Shown here in pieces: positions 63,910-64,000 of a stretch of 64,000 bases of DNA; positions within the stretch are counted from its first letter, which is position 1; each line of letters begins with the position of its first letter. The stretch is from contig NC_042999.1 in assembly GCF_006345805.1 (NCBI RefSeq), positions 62,930,001 through 62,994,000 on the forward strand, read 5' to 3'. The position numbers were made by a program, and so were the translations under genes. The notes under the pieces are model-generated. The model worked only from the letters and a program-made list of their open reading frames with translations. It was not told the DNA's origin and did no database searches. This stretch comes from Octopus sinensis. Taxonomy: Eukaryota.

Positions 63910-64000
63910 AAGAGAGCATTTACACAAAACCTCTGGATAGTGTAAACAAACATTAATATTCTACTGTCCTGATAACCCTAATAGATATTTAACAATCGTT

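Noticed and set aside
10949-63953. Many 60-100 aa ORFs rich in [12 protein letters not shown] or sharing WLALGRASSCR / FLQLDALPNANH
   Set aside because: Translations of TA/CA microsatellites and of repeated SINE or RTE-UTR sequence.

Overview
AT-rich, microsatellite- and SINE-dense animal genomic DNA. The repeat families point to an octopus or other coleoid cephalopod (inference). The whole window is occupied by the 5' part of a VPS13D-like lipid-transfer gene on the minus strand. I could join 22 coding exons (54947 down to 79, about 2.77 kb, about 924 codons) into one open frame with GT-AG boundaries and matching phases; the gene continues off the left edge. The introns hold several tRNA-derived SINE families, RTE LINE relics (one 2.5 kb copy with RT plus an in-frame PHD-like finger), CR1/L2-type 3' ends and TTAA/TA MITEs. 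The most unusual content is four unrelated short insertions carrying minimal type I hammerhead ribozyme motifs, three of them with Penelope/retrozyme-style inverted or partial-tandem architecture: (1) an intact-core hammerhead on a long rod in a 349-bp unit with a 12-bp TSD at 55.8-56.3 kb; (2) a near-perfect 290-bp-arm palindrome at 51.6-52.2 kb whose arms each carry a U3-A8 variant hammerhead; (3, 4) two decayed motifs at 7.7 kb and 10.9 kb. All coordinates and alignments were read by eye.
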